A stretch of 64,000 bases of DNA from Basidiobolus meristosporus CBS 931.73 (Eukaryota > Fungi > Basidiobolomycota). The first letter of the stretch is position 1. Each line of letters opens with the position of its first letter. The notes beneath the pieces were generated by a model. The model saw only the letters and a list, made by a program, of their open reading frames with translations. It ran no database searches and was not told the DNA's origin. Below, in pieces: positions 51,291 through 63,149 of this stretch. Both the position numbers and the translations under genes were made by a program. The DNA lies in contig MCFE01000162.1 in NCBI GenBank assembly GCA_002104905.1, positions 1 to 64,000 of the forward strand, written 5' to 3'.

Positions 51291-54200
51291 ATATAAGAAC
51301 TTGGAATTCCACCTAATATCCACCCAACTTGGCCACTTAGATTGTCACCTTTGAGCTGTAGAGAGCACTGACCATCTTACTTGTAGGGCTTTACTGAGAA
51401 TATTCTCACCAAAATATCAGGTACCTATAATATGAAAATTTTCAAAGTTACCCAAACAGCCCCAACATTTGCTCACATGTTCTTAGGACCTTCCTAAACC
51501 TAGTCTATGTGTTTGTTATGCCAAGTTCATGTAAAAGTATCTATACTACTTCTCCACTTGATAAATAATTAAGTGGAGTCCTCATGATCCACTTACCCTC
51601 CCAATCCCTTGTTGCAATTTAAGAAGTGATTTGGATATAAGGAACTTATCAAGAAATAGTGATAATAGTTGAACTGTTGTTTATTCATAAAGAAGCTCAG
51701 TATTTATACCTTTGTAGAAGTAATACAGCTGCAACACTAAGTAGGGAGGGTTTCTCAATATTCAGGAGCATTCTGTGACAGTTTCAGGGTTAGTACATAA
51801 TGTTTGGTAATAGTGCTAATGTGATCCTGACTATAGGGGAATAATCATAAGATCATATATCTGGAGAAAGTGGCAAAGTTAAGGCAGTAAATGAGTCCTA
51901 CAGTGACTAAGACTAGCCTAGAATTGTTAAGTAAATTTTTAGCTGCTGAATGATACCAAATAGTCCAATATTTCAACACTCCCCCTCAACTAAATAATTT
52001 CTTAATCCCAATTTCTCTCTAAGGATCTCAAACTGTGGCCTAGCTAGTGGTTTTGTCAATATGTCTGCCACCATTTTGTCAGTTGGGCAGTAAACCAGCT
52101 CCACTAAGTTATTTTCTACAGCTTCCCTCACAAAGTGATGCTGTATATCAATGTGCTTAGTTCTGGCATGATTAGTAGGATTTCTAGCTAATGAAATACA
52201 ACTTTGATTATCCTTGTAAATACATGTTGGTTCACCTGAATTAAAACCTAAGTCTTTGAATAATTTTCGTAGCCATATAGCCTCCTTAGTTGCTTGACAT
52301 GCAGCCATATATTTGGCTTCAGTTGTAGATAGTGCCACAGTTGGTTGTTTCTTGCAATTCCAAGTAATAGCTGCACCAGCATAAAGAAATACATAGCCTG
52401 TGGTAGAGCGTCTGTCAATCAAATCCCTACCCCAATCTGAATCACTATAACCATCATATTTTTGCCTATTAGCTGCTCCAGAGTATTCCAGTACCATATT
52501 TATGGTACCTTGTAGATATCTGAAAATCCGCTTAACTGCTGCAATTTGATCTGATCCATAATTCTGCAGGAATTGACTGACTATTCCAACTGCTACTGCA
52601 ATATCTGGACGTGTAGACACCATCAAGTATATTAGGCTACCAACCATTGATTGATAGGGATAGTTTTGGTCCATATTTGAGCCGTTTTCATCTATAACTG
52701 GCTGAGATTTGCTTAATTTCAGGTTATTGTCCATAGGGGTTGCTGCAGGTTTGCAATTTTCCATTTTGAAGCGTCTAAGAATGTCCCTGATGTACTTAGA
52801 CTGATTCAGCACAATTTTCTGCGTAGGTATGTCAAATTTGACATCAATTCCAAGAAAATAGCTCAATTTTCCAAGATCTTTCATCTCAAACTTGCTGAAG
52901 AGATCTGATTTTGTCTGTTTAAGTGCCTCTTGATCACTTGTAGCTATAATTAGGTCGTCCACATAAAGAACTAGGATGATCACACCCTTTTTGAGCTGTT
53001 TCACATATATACTGTGATCTGCAGTGCTACGAGAGAACCCAATTTCCTCTAGATATGTGTCAATCTTGTTATACCATGCTCTGGGTGCCTGCTTAAGCCT
53101 ATACAACGATTTTCTAAGTTTGCACACCTTATGGGGGCTTTTTGGATCGGTAAAACCTTCTGGTTGCTCCATATATATAGTTTCTTGCAAATCCCCATTT
53201 AGAAAGGCTGTTTTGACGTCCATTTGGTGTAGATCTAGACTGTGTACAGCTGCCAGGGCTAGAACTGTCCTAATAGAGTTAAACTTGGCAACTGGAGCAA
53301 ATGTTTCCTTAAAGTCTAGTCCCTGGATCTGGGAATAGCCTTTAGCAACCAATCTAGCCTTGTACTTATCAACGGCACCATTTGAGGTTATCTTGATCTT
53401 GTAGACCCATCTACATCCTATTGGTTTTCTCCCATTTGGTAAATCTACCAGTTCCCACGTTTTTGCCTTGATCAGTGATTGGTACTCCTCCTGCATGGCT
53501 TGTTGCCACTTAGTAGCATCTGGACCTTGCATTGCCTGTTCCAGATTCTGAGGTTTGGCACATAAGGCAAGATAAGCTTCTTCATGATCATTGGATGTCT
53601 GCCACCAGGATCCAGGGGCATTTCTTATTCTGGTAGATCTCCTAACTGGGATAATCTGTTCTGATCTGGAACTGGTAGAAGTATCTTCCATCTCTGGCTG
53701 GATTTGGTACGTATCTTCTTCATTTGTGTTGATTGCATCATCAGGCAGCTGGCCAATGATTTCAGTGGCTTTCTGATCTGAATTTTCCTCAAATACAACG
53801 TCCCTGCTCTTGATCAGCGTCTGAATTTCGCCATCATACACTCTATACCCTTTAGTATCTTCACAATACCCAAGAAAGATCCCTTTTCTACTCTTTGGTT
53901 CCAACTTTGAGCGTTTTTTGTCAGGGATGTTATAAAAAACATCACTGCCAAAGATCCTGAGGTGCTGGAGATCTGGTTTTTTGCCTGTATATGCTTCAAA
54001 GGGTGTAGAATCACGTAGTGCTGTTGTTGGGCATCTGTTCTTGATGTATACAGCAGTAGCAACAGATTCAGCCCAAAACTTGTAGTCCATTCCCTTATCA
54101 CATAGCATAGATCTTCCCATCTCTACTATTGTTCTGTTTGCACGTTCTGCTACTCCATTTTGCTGTGGAGTATAAGGAACTGTGGTCTGTTGAAGTATAC

Positions 54201-57200
54201 CAGTAGACAAGCAGTATCTTGCAAACTCCTTTGAGCAGTATTCTCCTCCATTGTCACTTCGTAGTACCTTCAATTTACACCCAGTTTGTGTTTCTGCCAT
54301 GTTCTTGAAGTGCTTAAACGTCTCTAAAGCTTCATCCTTTGTTTTGAGGAAGTACACCCATGTATATCTTATCTTGTCATCAATAAACGTCATAAAGTAT
54401 CTCTTGGCTCCAAAGGACAGTGTTCTTGTGGGGCCACCTATGTCTGAGTGTACAATAGCCAATATTTCGGTGGTATTGATGCCTTCTGAGCTCCTGAGAC
54501 GTTGCCTAGCTTGTTTGCCATATGAACATCCCTTACAAACATTCAATTTGATTGGAATTGAGTATTTTAGGCCCAAAACAAGCTGATTTTTCACCAATTG
54601 GCTCATTTTCTGTTCTCCTATGTGTCCTAGTCTCCTATGCCACGTCTCCCAGTTGGTTTCATCAGTTTCAGCAATGTTGACATACTCAGGTACAATGATC
54701 TTGCATTGTAACTTGTATATATTGTGATCTCTGATTCCCAAAGCTAACTTTTGTCCATTTTCACTCAATATTGAGCAGCTCAGCTTAGTAAAAACAAATT
54801 TCAGTCCCTGAGTAGTTGCTTTACTGATTGAGAGTAGGTTCTTAGCTATTCCAGGTACATAGAGTACGTCAGTCAGTTTTGCTATTGTTGCCCCTGAGTT
54901 ATCACTCATATTTAGTTGTATAGACCCACTGGCGGTAGCTTCCAATGCAGAGTTATCTCCCAGATAAACCTTTCTTACGGGAATAGTCTTTAAGTTGCTG
55001 AACCAATCTTTTATACCACAAATATGCTGTGATGCTCCAGAGTCAATAGACCATTCATTACTTCGGTTACTTGCACTCTCTTGTACAGTGACAAATAGCT
55101 GTTCATCAGTAGTTATATGGTTTGCCTGCTCTAGTTTCTGTTTTTTGTCTGCTTGTTTCTTCTTGCATTCTCTTGCCCAGTGTCCTGGCTTCTTACAGTA
55201 GTTACAGCAGCCAGGTTTTCTTCGGTTTTGTTGCTTTCCCTTCTTTTCTGTATGCCTTTCTGAGCTGAATAAAGCATTATCTTCAATTTTCTCCGCTTGA
55301 TCATTATGTCTGAGTTCTTCATGGAGAAGTCTTCCTTTGACATAGTCTAAGTCAAGTTGTCTTCTCTGCTTTCAAAAGAAAGTATGAGTGGCTCATACTT
55401 GTCTGGTAGGCTGCAAAGCAGACAGAGTATCTTTTCTTCATCATCTACACCAGCATTAATACTGTAAAGTTCTTCTGCAAGTGTCTCCATTCTGGTAATG
55501 AGTTGTAGCATGTCATCAGCTGGCTTTTTTCTCATGTTGAAGAACTTTTGTTTCAAATAAAGCTTGCTTGATACTGACTTTGCTCTAAAGATCTTCTCTA
55601 AGGATTCCCATGCTGCTTTGGCAGTATTTGAGGCATGGATTTGTCCAATGAAGGAGTCTTGCACATTGATGCATATTGCATTGAAGGCCTTTCTCTCCTT
55701 CTCTTGAAACTTCTCCACATCTCCTGCTGTTCCTTTGGGCTCAACTTCCTTTCCTGTTACTATGTTCCAAAGCTTTCTTTCCTCAAGGTGGATCTGCATC
55801 TTGATTCTCTAAAGTCTGTAGTTCTTCCCATCAAACCTCTCCTTTACAGGGAAGATGTTGGTATTGCTTTGTTTGCTGGTAGAAGTCATCTTTAGAATAG
55901 ATTAAGGCAATTGGGGCTCATAACCTGTTGCAATTTAAGAAGTGATTTGGATATAAGGAACTTATCAAGAAATAGTGATAATAGTTGAACTGTTGTTTAT
56001 TCATAAAGAAGCTCAGTATTTATACCTTTGTAGAAGTAATACAGCTGCAACACTAAGTAGGGAGGGTTTCTCAATATTCAGGAGCATTCTGTAACAGTTT
56101 CAGGGTTAGTACATAATGTTTGGTAATAGTGCTAATTTGATCCTGACTATAGGGGAATAATCATAAGATCATATATCTGGAGAAAGTGGCAAAGTTAAGG
56201 CAGTAAATGAGTCCTACAGTGACTAAGACTATCCTAGAATTGTTAAGTAAATTTTTAGCTGCTGAATGATACCAAATAGTCCAATATTTCAACATCCCTT
56301 ATATTATCTCCAAGTCTCTTACAACAGGTTATGAGCCCCAAGCTGTCACTCTCTACAGTGTTGACCACTACTATTACTGGAATTTTCTTCTGCTGAAAAG
56401 CTGGATAAATCAAACAATCAATTGTGGAAGGCAAAGATGAAGATGGAATTACACAAAAGAGGCCTTTGGGATGCCGTCATGGGAGAGGATTGCCCTCCTA
56501 AAAACCTGGGAGGGGAAGTTTTAGGGCACCAGATGACAGAACACAATGCCTTTAACTGTAATTCTTTACTACATAGATGCAGCCAGGAGAAGAAATGAAA
56601 AATCTAACTAACTCTATAATACCAAAGTAAAGAAGCTGATTCATTTCAGGGATGTGTTGTTTGATAAATACTCAAATTTTGCACAAAAAATGACATCAAA
56701 CAGTGCCAGAAATTCAATCTCAAGTCCACTAATTGTCATGATGGAATCAGAGCATAACAATGAAAGTTTTACTCCAGAAAACTCTACAATTGTGGCTCAG
56801 CCAGAATCAGTGCCCAGAAGAGTTTTTCTAGTACCAAATGCAAGGCGTACTAACTGGACAACAAATAGCTAAAATTGCAATATTAATGAGGGTACTAACT
56901 TAGCCCATGTCTATTAAGCGTATATCAATGAGCCCAGGACTGTACAAAAAGCCCTGAATAGCCCTTGGACAAAGTTTTGGAGATCTGTAATTACTGAGGA
57001 ATATCAGGCCCTGATGAAAATCAACCTTAGCACTCAGGCAACTTAATAATTAGCCCCAAATTAAATGGATGCAAATGGGCCTCTAAGACAAAATGCAACC
57101 TCAACAGTATAACTGAAGGATACAAAGCACTACTTGTGACCAGAGGATACTCTCAAAAAAATGGACTTGACTACACTGCAACCTTTGCACCAGTAGCCAA

Positions 57201-58516
57201 GTTTAATTGCATCAGATTAGCATTGGCTTTTGCCACTAAAAATAGATTTTTATACATCAAACAGCAACAAAATCTGCACTCTTGAATGGAGAATACAACA
57301 AGAACATGTATGCAGGCCAGCTTTATGGGTTTACCAACCAAAATAACCACAATTTGGCTTACTAGCTAAAAATCTCTACGTGGTCTCATACAAAAGCCAA
57401 AAACAAAAGTTGGTGCCATCTCAAAGCCCTGACTTTGCTTATCAGGCTATGGATGGCAGCCTGATGTATGTCATGCTTAGAGCACACCCAGATATTGTAT
57501 ATTTAGTGGGAGTTGTCAACCAGCATAATCAGAGCTATGAATCTAATCATGTAGCTGCAGTGAAGTGAAGTTTTAGATACCTAATAGGAACTGCTGATGT
57601 ATGATAAAGACACACTTATAAGGACTCAGAACAGGCTCTTGCAGAACACTCTGATGCTGATAGGGTCATAGCTTAGAACAGGATCTTGTGGGATACTTTG
57701 CTGCCTATTGGGGAGAAAACCTAGAAGACAGAAGATCCACCACAGGATACACCTTTCTTCACTGGCAATGGGCTACTTCATGGAATTCAAGAAAGTAACC
57801 AATGTAGCACTTTCTACCACTGAGGCCAAGCATATGGCAGCCTGTGAAGCTACAAAAGAAGCAATGTGGTTATGAAAGCTTTTTACAGATTCAGGTTTAT
57901 GTCAAAATTGCCTTTTACTTGACTTCAAGGTAGTCAAAGATTTAAATAATTAAGTAGTAATCCAACTTTTCATCCTGGACCTAGGTACATAGATATTAGA
58001 CATTATTATATACACTAACATATAGAGAATAGGTTAGGTTAGCTTAGCTTACTGTTCTTCATATGAAATGATTGCAGACATATTTGCCAAACCAACAGCT
58101 AGTGACAAGCTTGAGTACCTTATGTTAAGATTAGAACTAAACAGTATGAACATTTAGTTGAGTATGAAGTACTGTAAGATTAGGAATTCAGCTTAAATAT
58201 CCACCTTACTTGGTCACTTAGATCATTACCTTCATATCCTGGAGACTACTGGCCAAATTTATTGTTGGGATTTACTTAGAATATTTTTACCAAACTATTA
58301 AGTACCCAGAACAAGGAAATTCTCATAGTTGTCCAAATAGCCCTCAAATTTGAACCAATGCTCTTGGGAACTTCCTAAGCCTATTTTGTGTGTTTGTTAT
58401 GCATACATCAGTTAAAAGTATAAACTCTACTTTTTACTCAATAAATCATCAGGTGAAAACCACATGATCTACTTGTTCTTGCAATCACTGCCAATATTTT
58501 CAAGACACTTACAACA
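51290..58516 (+). mobile_element. Copia family A, heavily decayed and internally deleted; 5' LTR interrupted by Copia B
   Basis: 5' LTR about 51290-51609 plus 56300-56326, PBS GGTTATGAGCCCC, gag/INT/RT/RH relics, 3' LTR ending TTACAACA at 58516. Confidence 0.82.
51610..56294 (-). mobile_element. Ty1/Copia LTR retrotransposon, family B, young full-length copy
   Basis: 369-bp LTRs 51610-51978 and 55926-56294 with 3 mismatches. Perfect 5-bp TSD TCCCT, PBS GGTTATGAGCCCC, PPT GAGGGGGAG. Open 990-aa pol portion. gag carries a TGG>TAG stop and a 1-nt deletion near 55348. Confidence 0.97.
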
Positions 58517-58749
58517 ATGGTGACAGAACTTGATCAGGTTTCATAGGTCCTGGTGCAGGTACCTGCCAAATATAGAAGCACTTACATTTAGTATTCTTAC
58601 AGAAATTGAAGGATGACTTGTGCACTAATAAGCAGATATCATTGTCAGCAGGCATATGGGACAATAATAAAACAGGGTTGTAGAGAAATAGGCAAGTAAA
58701 AAATGTGGGATTTGGCAGTGGATCTTACTAAGACCTATAACACCATAGG

Positions 58750-59705
58750 CTACTTCATCTGGACTGTACAGCATGCCTTACTGAGTCCCTTACCATCCCT
58801 TGCAATGCCAGGGTGCCAGCACATGTCAGTCCAATCTACACCAACACCCTTTACCAGAGCACCATTTCACCAGGTCAATGTGCACAGTTTGAAGCAAAAC
58901 CACCAGCACATGCCAAGCTGCTCAATTAGACAGAAGCCCATAGGAGCTGGCCAAGTTGCATCCACATATAGCATCACACTAGGCTCAGCCAAGGGCCATG
59001 CCTACACATCAAGTCACACCCACATTTGCTGTTACACCTGACCATCAGCATGTTACTTCTAGTGAATTGACTGGCAAAAGATCACAGGAAGTGCCTTTGC
59101 CACAGGAGCCTTTGGCAAGTAAAAGGACATGTCAGAATGGGGCACTTCCAGCCAGTCCTGTAACATCAACTGGAGTAACTTGGCACAGCCAAGCTGTAGC
59201 ACTGCACTTATTAACCAGGAGGCAAAAACTGACTACTAGTACACAAAAAGCCTACATGATAGTCAACAAGTTGTATAGTTGTGCAAGGTGACTCACCACC
59301 AAATGCTTCAGTAGCAGTTCCTGTGAGAAAAAAGCCTAGAAGATGATGTAATTGAGTAGAATTGCTAACAGTGAGATGGTAACCAAAGTGGTAAGTATTA
59401 GTGTGGTTAATAAAGTGATACATAATTATGTCCACTTATACTAATGAAATATATCTTAATACTGGACTATGCCTACCATATTGATAGTGTCCAATTGTGC
59501 ATGTGAGGCAAACATCACAAGTTGATGCAATCATCTGTGCCAGCCTCATTGTCTCAGATTGTGTCATAGTGTGCAAGATTGTCCCACATAGTGCAAAAAT
59601 GTCCAACAACAATCTTGCCTATAGGTAGCTGCAGCTTTGTACCTGATTGCTCTTTACAACTACGGCTCATGCCACTTGCCTTGGCACCCTTAGTAGAGCA
59701 AGTCT
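58750..59705. mobile_element. Harbinger-like copy H6 (inverted; ORF2 3' part plus left TIR)
   Basis: + strand ORF2 homology ending KKPRR*, TIR GAGCAAGTCT at 59705. Confidence 0.78.
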
Positions 59706-59835
59706 ATTCTATTCATATACACTCTAAACATTACCACTAACAAGGATTCTCCTACACAGTATCTAGACTCTGGAGCATCTCAACACTTCTAAACCAGGAT
59801 AAACTTCTTATCAATGTTAAGAAATTCCAATTAAG

Positions 59836-60203
59836 TGTTACAAGTCTTGGTATAAGAGTTGTAGAGGAATAGGGAGTTTAGCTAGTATTGTATTCACTAA
59901 AACTCGAACTGATTGTTATTGAGGTTACAGCAGCTCCTTATATACATTTTGCCAGATCAATTGCTGACTAATTGTATTTCCTAATGTAGGTTGCGGCTGA
60001 TGACTCATTTAATTGCATCATCATCACCCAATAAGATCCTACTTCATATAGCTATTTCTGTCTGATAAGGATCTGCTGATTCATTTGCTGACTAATACTA
60101 CTGATTTCATAGATAATACTGATATACTGATAACCTTAACATATACTAATTGATTTGACTAAAAACTGCTCTAACTTAAACATTCAAGCTGCAGCTCATA
60201 ACA
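59836..60203 (-). repeat. Solo LTR of Gypsy family C with perfect 4-bp TSD
   Basis: Homologous to 45007-45375. Flanks TAAG/TAAG. Empty site CCAATTAAGAAGG present in the Copia A copy near 25450-25465. Confidence 0.92.
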
Positions 60204-60880
60204 TAAGAAGGTTTTCATGGGATACAATAAAGCACTTGAAGCAGTTGTGGAAGGAGTTTTCCAAGTAAATCTTATAAGCAGTGCAGGAAGACGCACACTT
60301 ACTTTCAAAGAGGCATTGTATGTCAAAAAAAATCCAAAAACCTACTATCTGAAGGCAAGGCCATAGCAGAAGAATTTAATTTTGATATTAGCAATTCTGG
60401 GCGTTTGATTACTGGCTAACATGGTGCCTATAATGCTCTGGGTATCAGAGATCAGAGCCTATACAAATTAGCCAGTATTCTATCATATCTGGAAGTCAAG
60501 TAACTAAAATAAAGAAATACCATTGCTTTGGCACAGGGGATTTGGAAATACATATTTTGATTATATAAGCAAAATGCTCCAAGATCAACTATTTCTGGAG
60601 TAAAAATTGATCACTTGGCTAATTTGGAGTACTGTGAGGCCTGTATACATGGGAAACAAGCCGGACAACTGTTCAAGAGCTCTGGATAATTAAACCTAAG
60701 AAAATATGGACCTATATCATTCATATCTCTGTGGACCTGTGCAAAGTTTTTTCTTAGAAGTATGAAGTATTTACTCACCTTTATTGATGATTATCCAAGA
60801 CTCAAGTGGGTTTACCTCATGCAAAGTGGGAAAAATTCTCTGTCCAAGCTTAAGGAGTTTAAGGCTATGTTGGAGAGAGG

Positions 60881-62921
60881 CCCTATGAAAAATTATTGTG
60901 ATGATCCCATCTCTTGACATTGTAGCCTTGTCTGTCAGTAGGATCTCCACTATGTCAACAATGGAGGCTGTTGAGGCTGTGGATGCTGTGGTAGACAAAC
61001 TGCCTTTTTTGGCAAACTCATCTACTTTACTGGAGTGTAGCTCAACCGGCTGCGCTTCCAACTCTTGTGAAAACAGCTGTTTCCTTTTTGGTTAGTCTTC
61101 TTGGCTATGATGAATTTCAGTCTGTTCCTGGCTTGCGGTGTTAATTGGCAAGAACTGCAGTTTTTTTTGCATGCCTCCCTGTCTCAGGCTTGGGTAGACA
61201 TTTTTCCCTGTACCATTTCCTTTATCACTACTGGTCTTTCACTGCTACTTTGTCTAAGTGCTTCTTGTGAAGAAATACGTTTTCTGCTGGATAAATTCTG
61301 CTCTGACCCATCTGTTATGGCTTGCTTGTACCTTTCTGGCACTCTTCTGGCAACCTGACATTTCTTCTCAGCTTGTTTTGAGCTCTTAACCATAGCTGTG
61401 ATGGGCTCCTGTAAAAGTTGCTGGTATTTCCAACTGCCAGGTCTTTCACTGCTACTTTGACTGGGTGCTTCTTGGGTGATACTATGCTTTTTCCTTGATA
61501 AATGTTGTGCTGGTGCATCCATGTTTGCCTGCTTGTCCCTGATTGGCACTCTTCCAGCAGCCTGACATCTCTTTGACACTTGTCTGGAGAGTCTGGCCCT
61601 GCTTGAAATGGGCTCTTGAGGAAGCCGCTGGTTTCTAGCCATGGAACCCTTGCTCTTCTGCCTTTGATAGTTTCTGCTCTCTTCAAGATACTTTCTTAGC
61701 ATACTAATGCTGGCCCAAAATCTGTTTGCCTGCTTGAATCCAGGATAATACTCATGTAACAAATCAAGTGCATTCTGCTTGGCCTTGAGTTCCTGATGGT
61801 CCTATGGTATGCTGTCCTTAAGGTGATGGTATGCTAGACTTCTGACAACCTCTTGTATATAAGCCCACTCTTCATTAATGCACTCAATGGCTTCACGGAT
61901 CTTCAATGTCTTTTGATGTTTAGGCTTTGGTATAAACACCACATTCTCTCCCTCCCATGCTGTGATAGGTTTTTCTGTGGGCTTTATCTTTAGGCACTGT
62001 TGTTGTGCTTCAAAGACAGTATGGTGAATTTTTGTCAGGAAAGCTCCACCAAGATATGCCGGATTTCTTGTGGTCACAAGCAAACTTCTACACCATTCAA
62101 TATGGGATTCACAAAAACAAAAGCCAGAGCACACCAATAAGGGGGGCTAGAGTCCAGAAGTGAGAAGGAATATATTGGCTAAATACCAAGAAGTTCCTTG
62201 CAGATATTCAGGAGGTATTCATGGAAGAAGTGGCAACAACCAAGCATATGTTTGCAATATGTATATGTTCCCAGTAGTACAAGGTATATGGCAACTTTGC
62301 AAGCACCACACTAAAAAGCTGTATAGTTAAGGTGATAGCAATATGTCAATTGCAGCAGATGTGTGTGTTTGTAGATGCTAATAAGCAGAAGGCCATAGTT
62401 TTTTTTGATTTGAACTATTATGGAATACCCAAGATAGTGGTGGGTAAGCAAATAAAGAAAGGTGATTCTACTGTAGAATATATGAAGTGCACAAGGGGAG
62501 GTAGAAGATGTAAATACCATTTGGTAAGTTGGTATTATAGCAGTATACAAAACCAGCAGTAGGTTGTCATACTGCCAATAAATTGCCATCAGAGTCTTGC
62601 TGTGAGCCTGTCAAATATTGTCAAGTTTCTTGCCATATAAGGCAACTGAATGTCCTGGCCAACTGGATTTACTTAAAATAGTTATAGAGCGCTAAAGACC
62701 GCAACAATACCATGCAAATATTGATACAGCACCAATAAAAATTGTCAAGTTTTATCCCTTTATTTGGCTGTAAAATTAGCAAAACACTGTCATGATTTTG
62801 TTATCCAATTGTTGGGAGGGTCAATAATTCCAAGCTGCTGTTATTATTACCTTCTCTAAAAGGGATCTTGATTGCTGATCTGGACCAGATCTGCCTGCGG
62901 GACCAAATTTTTTTCATAGGG
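60881..62921. mobile_element. CCC-ended CACTA-like deletion derivative carrying a transposase 3' remnant (+) and a divergent unknown ORF (-)
   Basis: TIRs CCCTATGAAAAA / TTTTTCATAGGG, flanks AGG/AGA. Copia A integrase resumes on both sides. 62040-62921 matches the CACTA remnant at 29045-29930. Confidence 0.82.
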
Positions 62922-63149
62922 AGAAACTGGTCAGCAAATCAAGAAAATATGCTCTGATAATGGTACAGAATATACCTCAAAACTCTTCACCCATTTCTGC
63001 AAAATATATGGGAGAAAGCAAGGGACTACTTCACCATACTCCTCACAGCAAAATGATATGAGAGAACATCCAAACAAAATTCTAATTGATATAGCAAGAC
63101 TTGTGATCCATGACACATGTTTTCTTATGATTTTTTGTGCGCAAAGAGA

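Larger units (their letters stand above)
59750..63149 (+). mobile_element. Copia family A pol relic (protease to integrase) hosting later insertions
   Basis: YLDSGASQHF, SLCGP and FIDDY relics colinear with 24550-25540 once the inserts are removed. Confidence 0.8.

Noticed and set aside
55345-55351. CTTAGAC resembling the Ty1 +1 frameshift heptamer at the Copia B gag break
   Set aside because: CTT is not in the gag frame, the shift needed is -1, and it lies upstream of the zinc knuckle. A 1-nt deletion or sequencing error is simpler.
26290-55820. TAG at the same conserved gag Trp codon in Copia A (about 26300) and Copia B (about 55812), suggesting stop-codon recoding
   Set aside because: Sister copies near 42056 and 56425 have TGG there, other stops replace Gln or Leu, and host CUL4 ends in TAG. 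Ordinary G>A mutation is sufficient.
62040-62137. N-terminus of ORF 61802..62137 as the start of the CACTA accessory gene
   Set aside because: This part is antisense to transposase sequence (homologous to 29830-29930); the real 5' end has been deleted.
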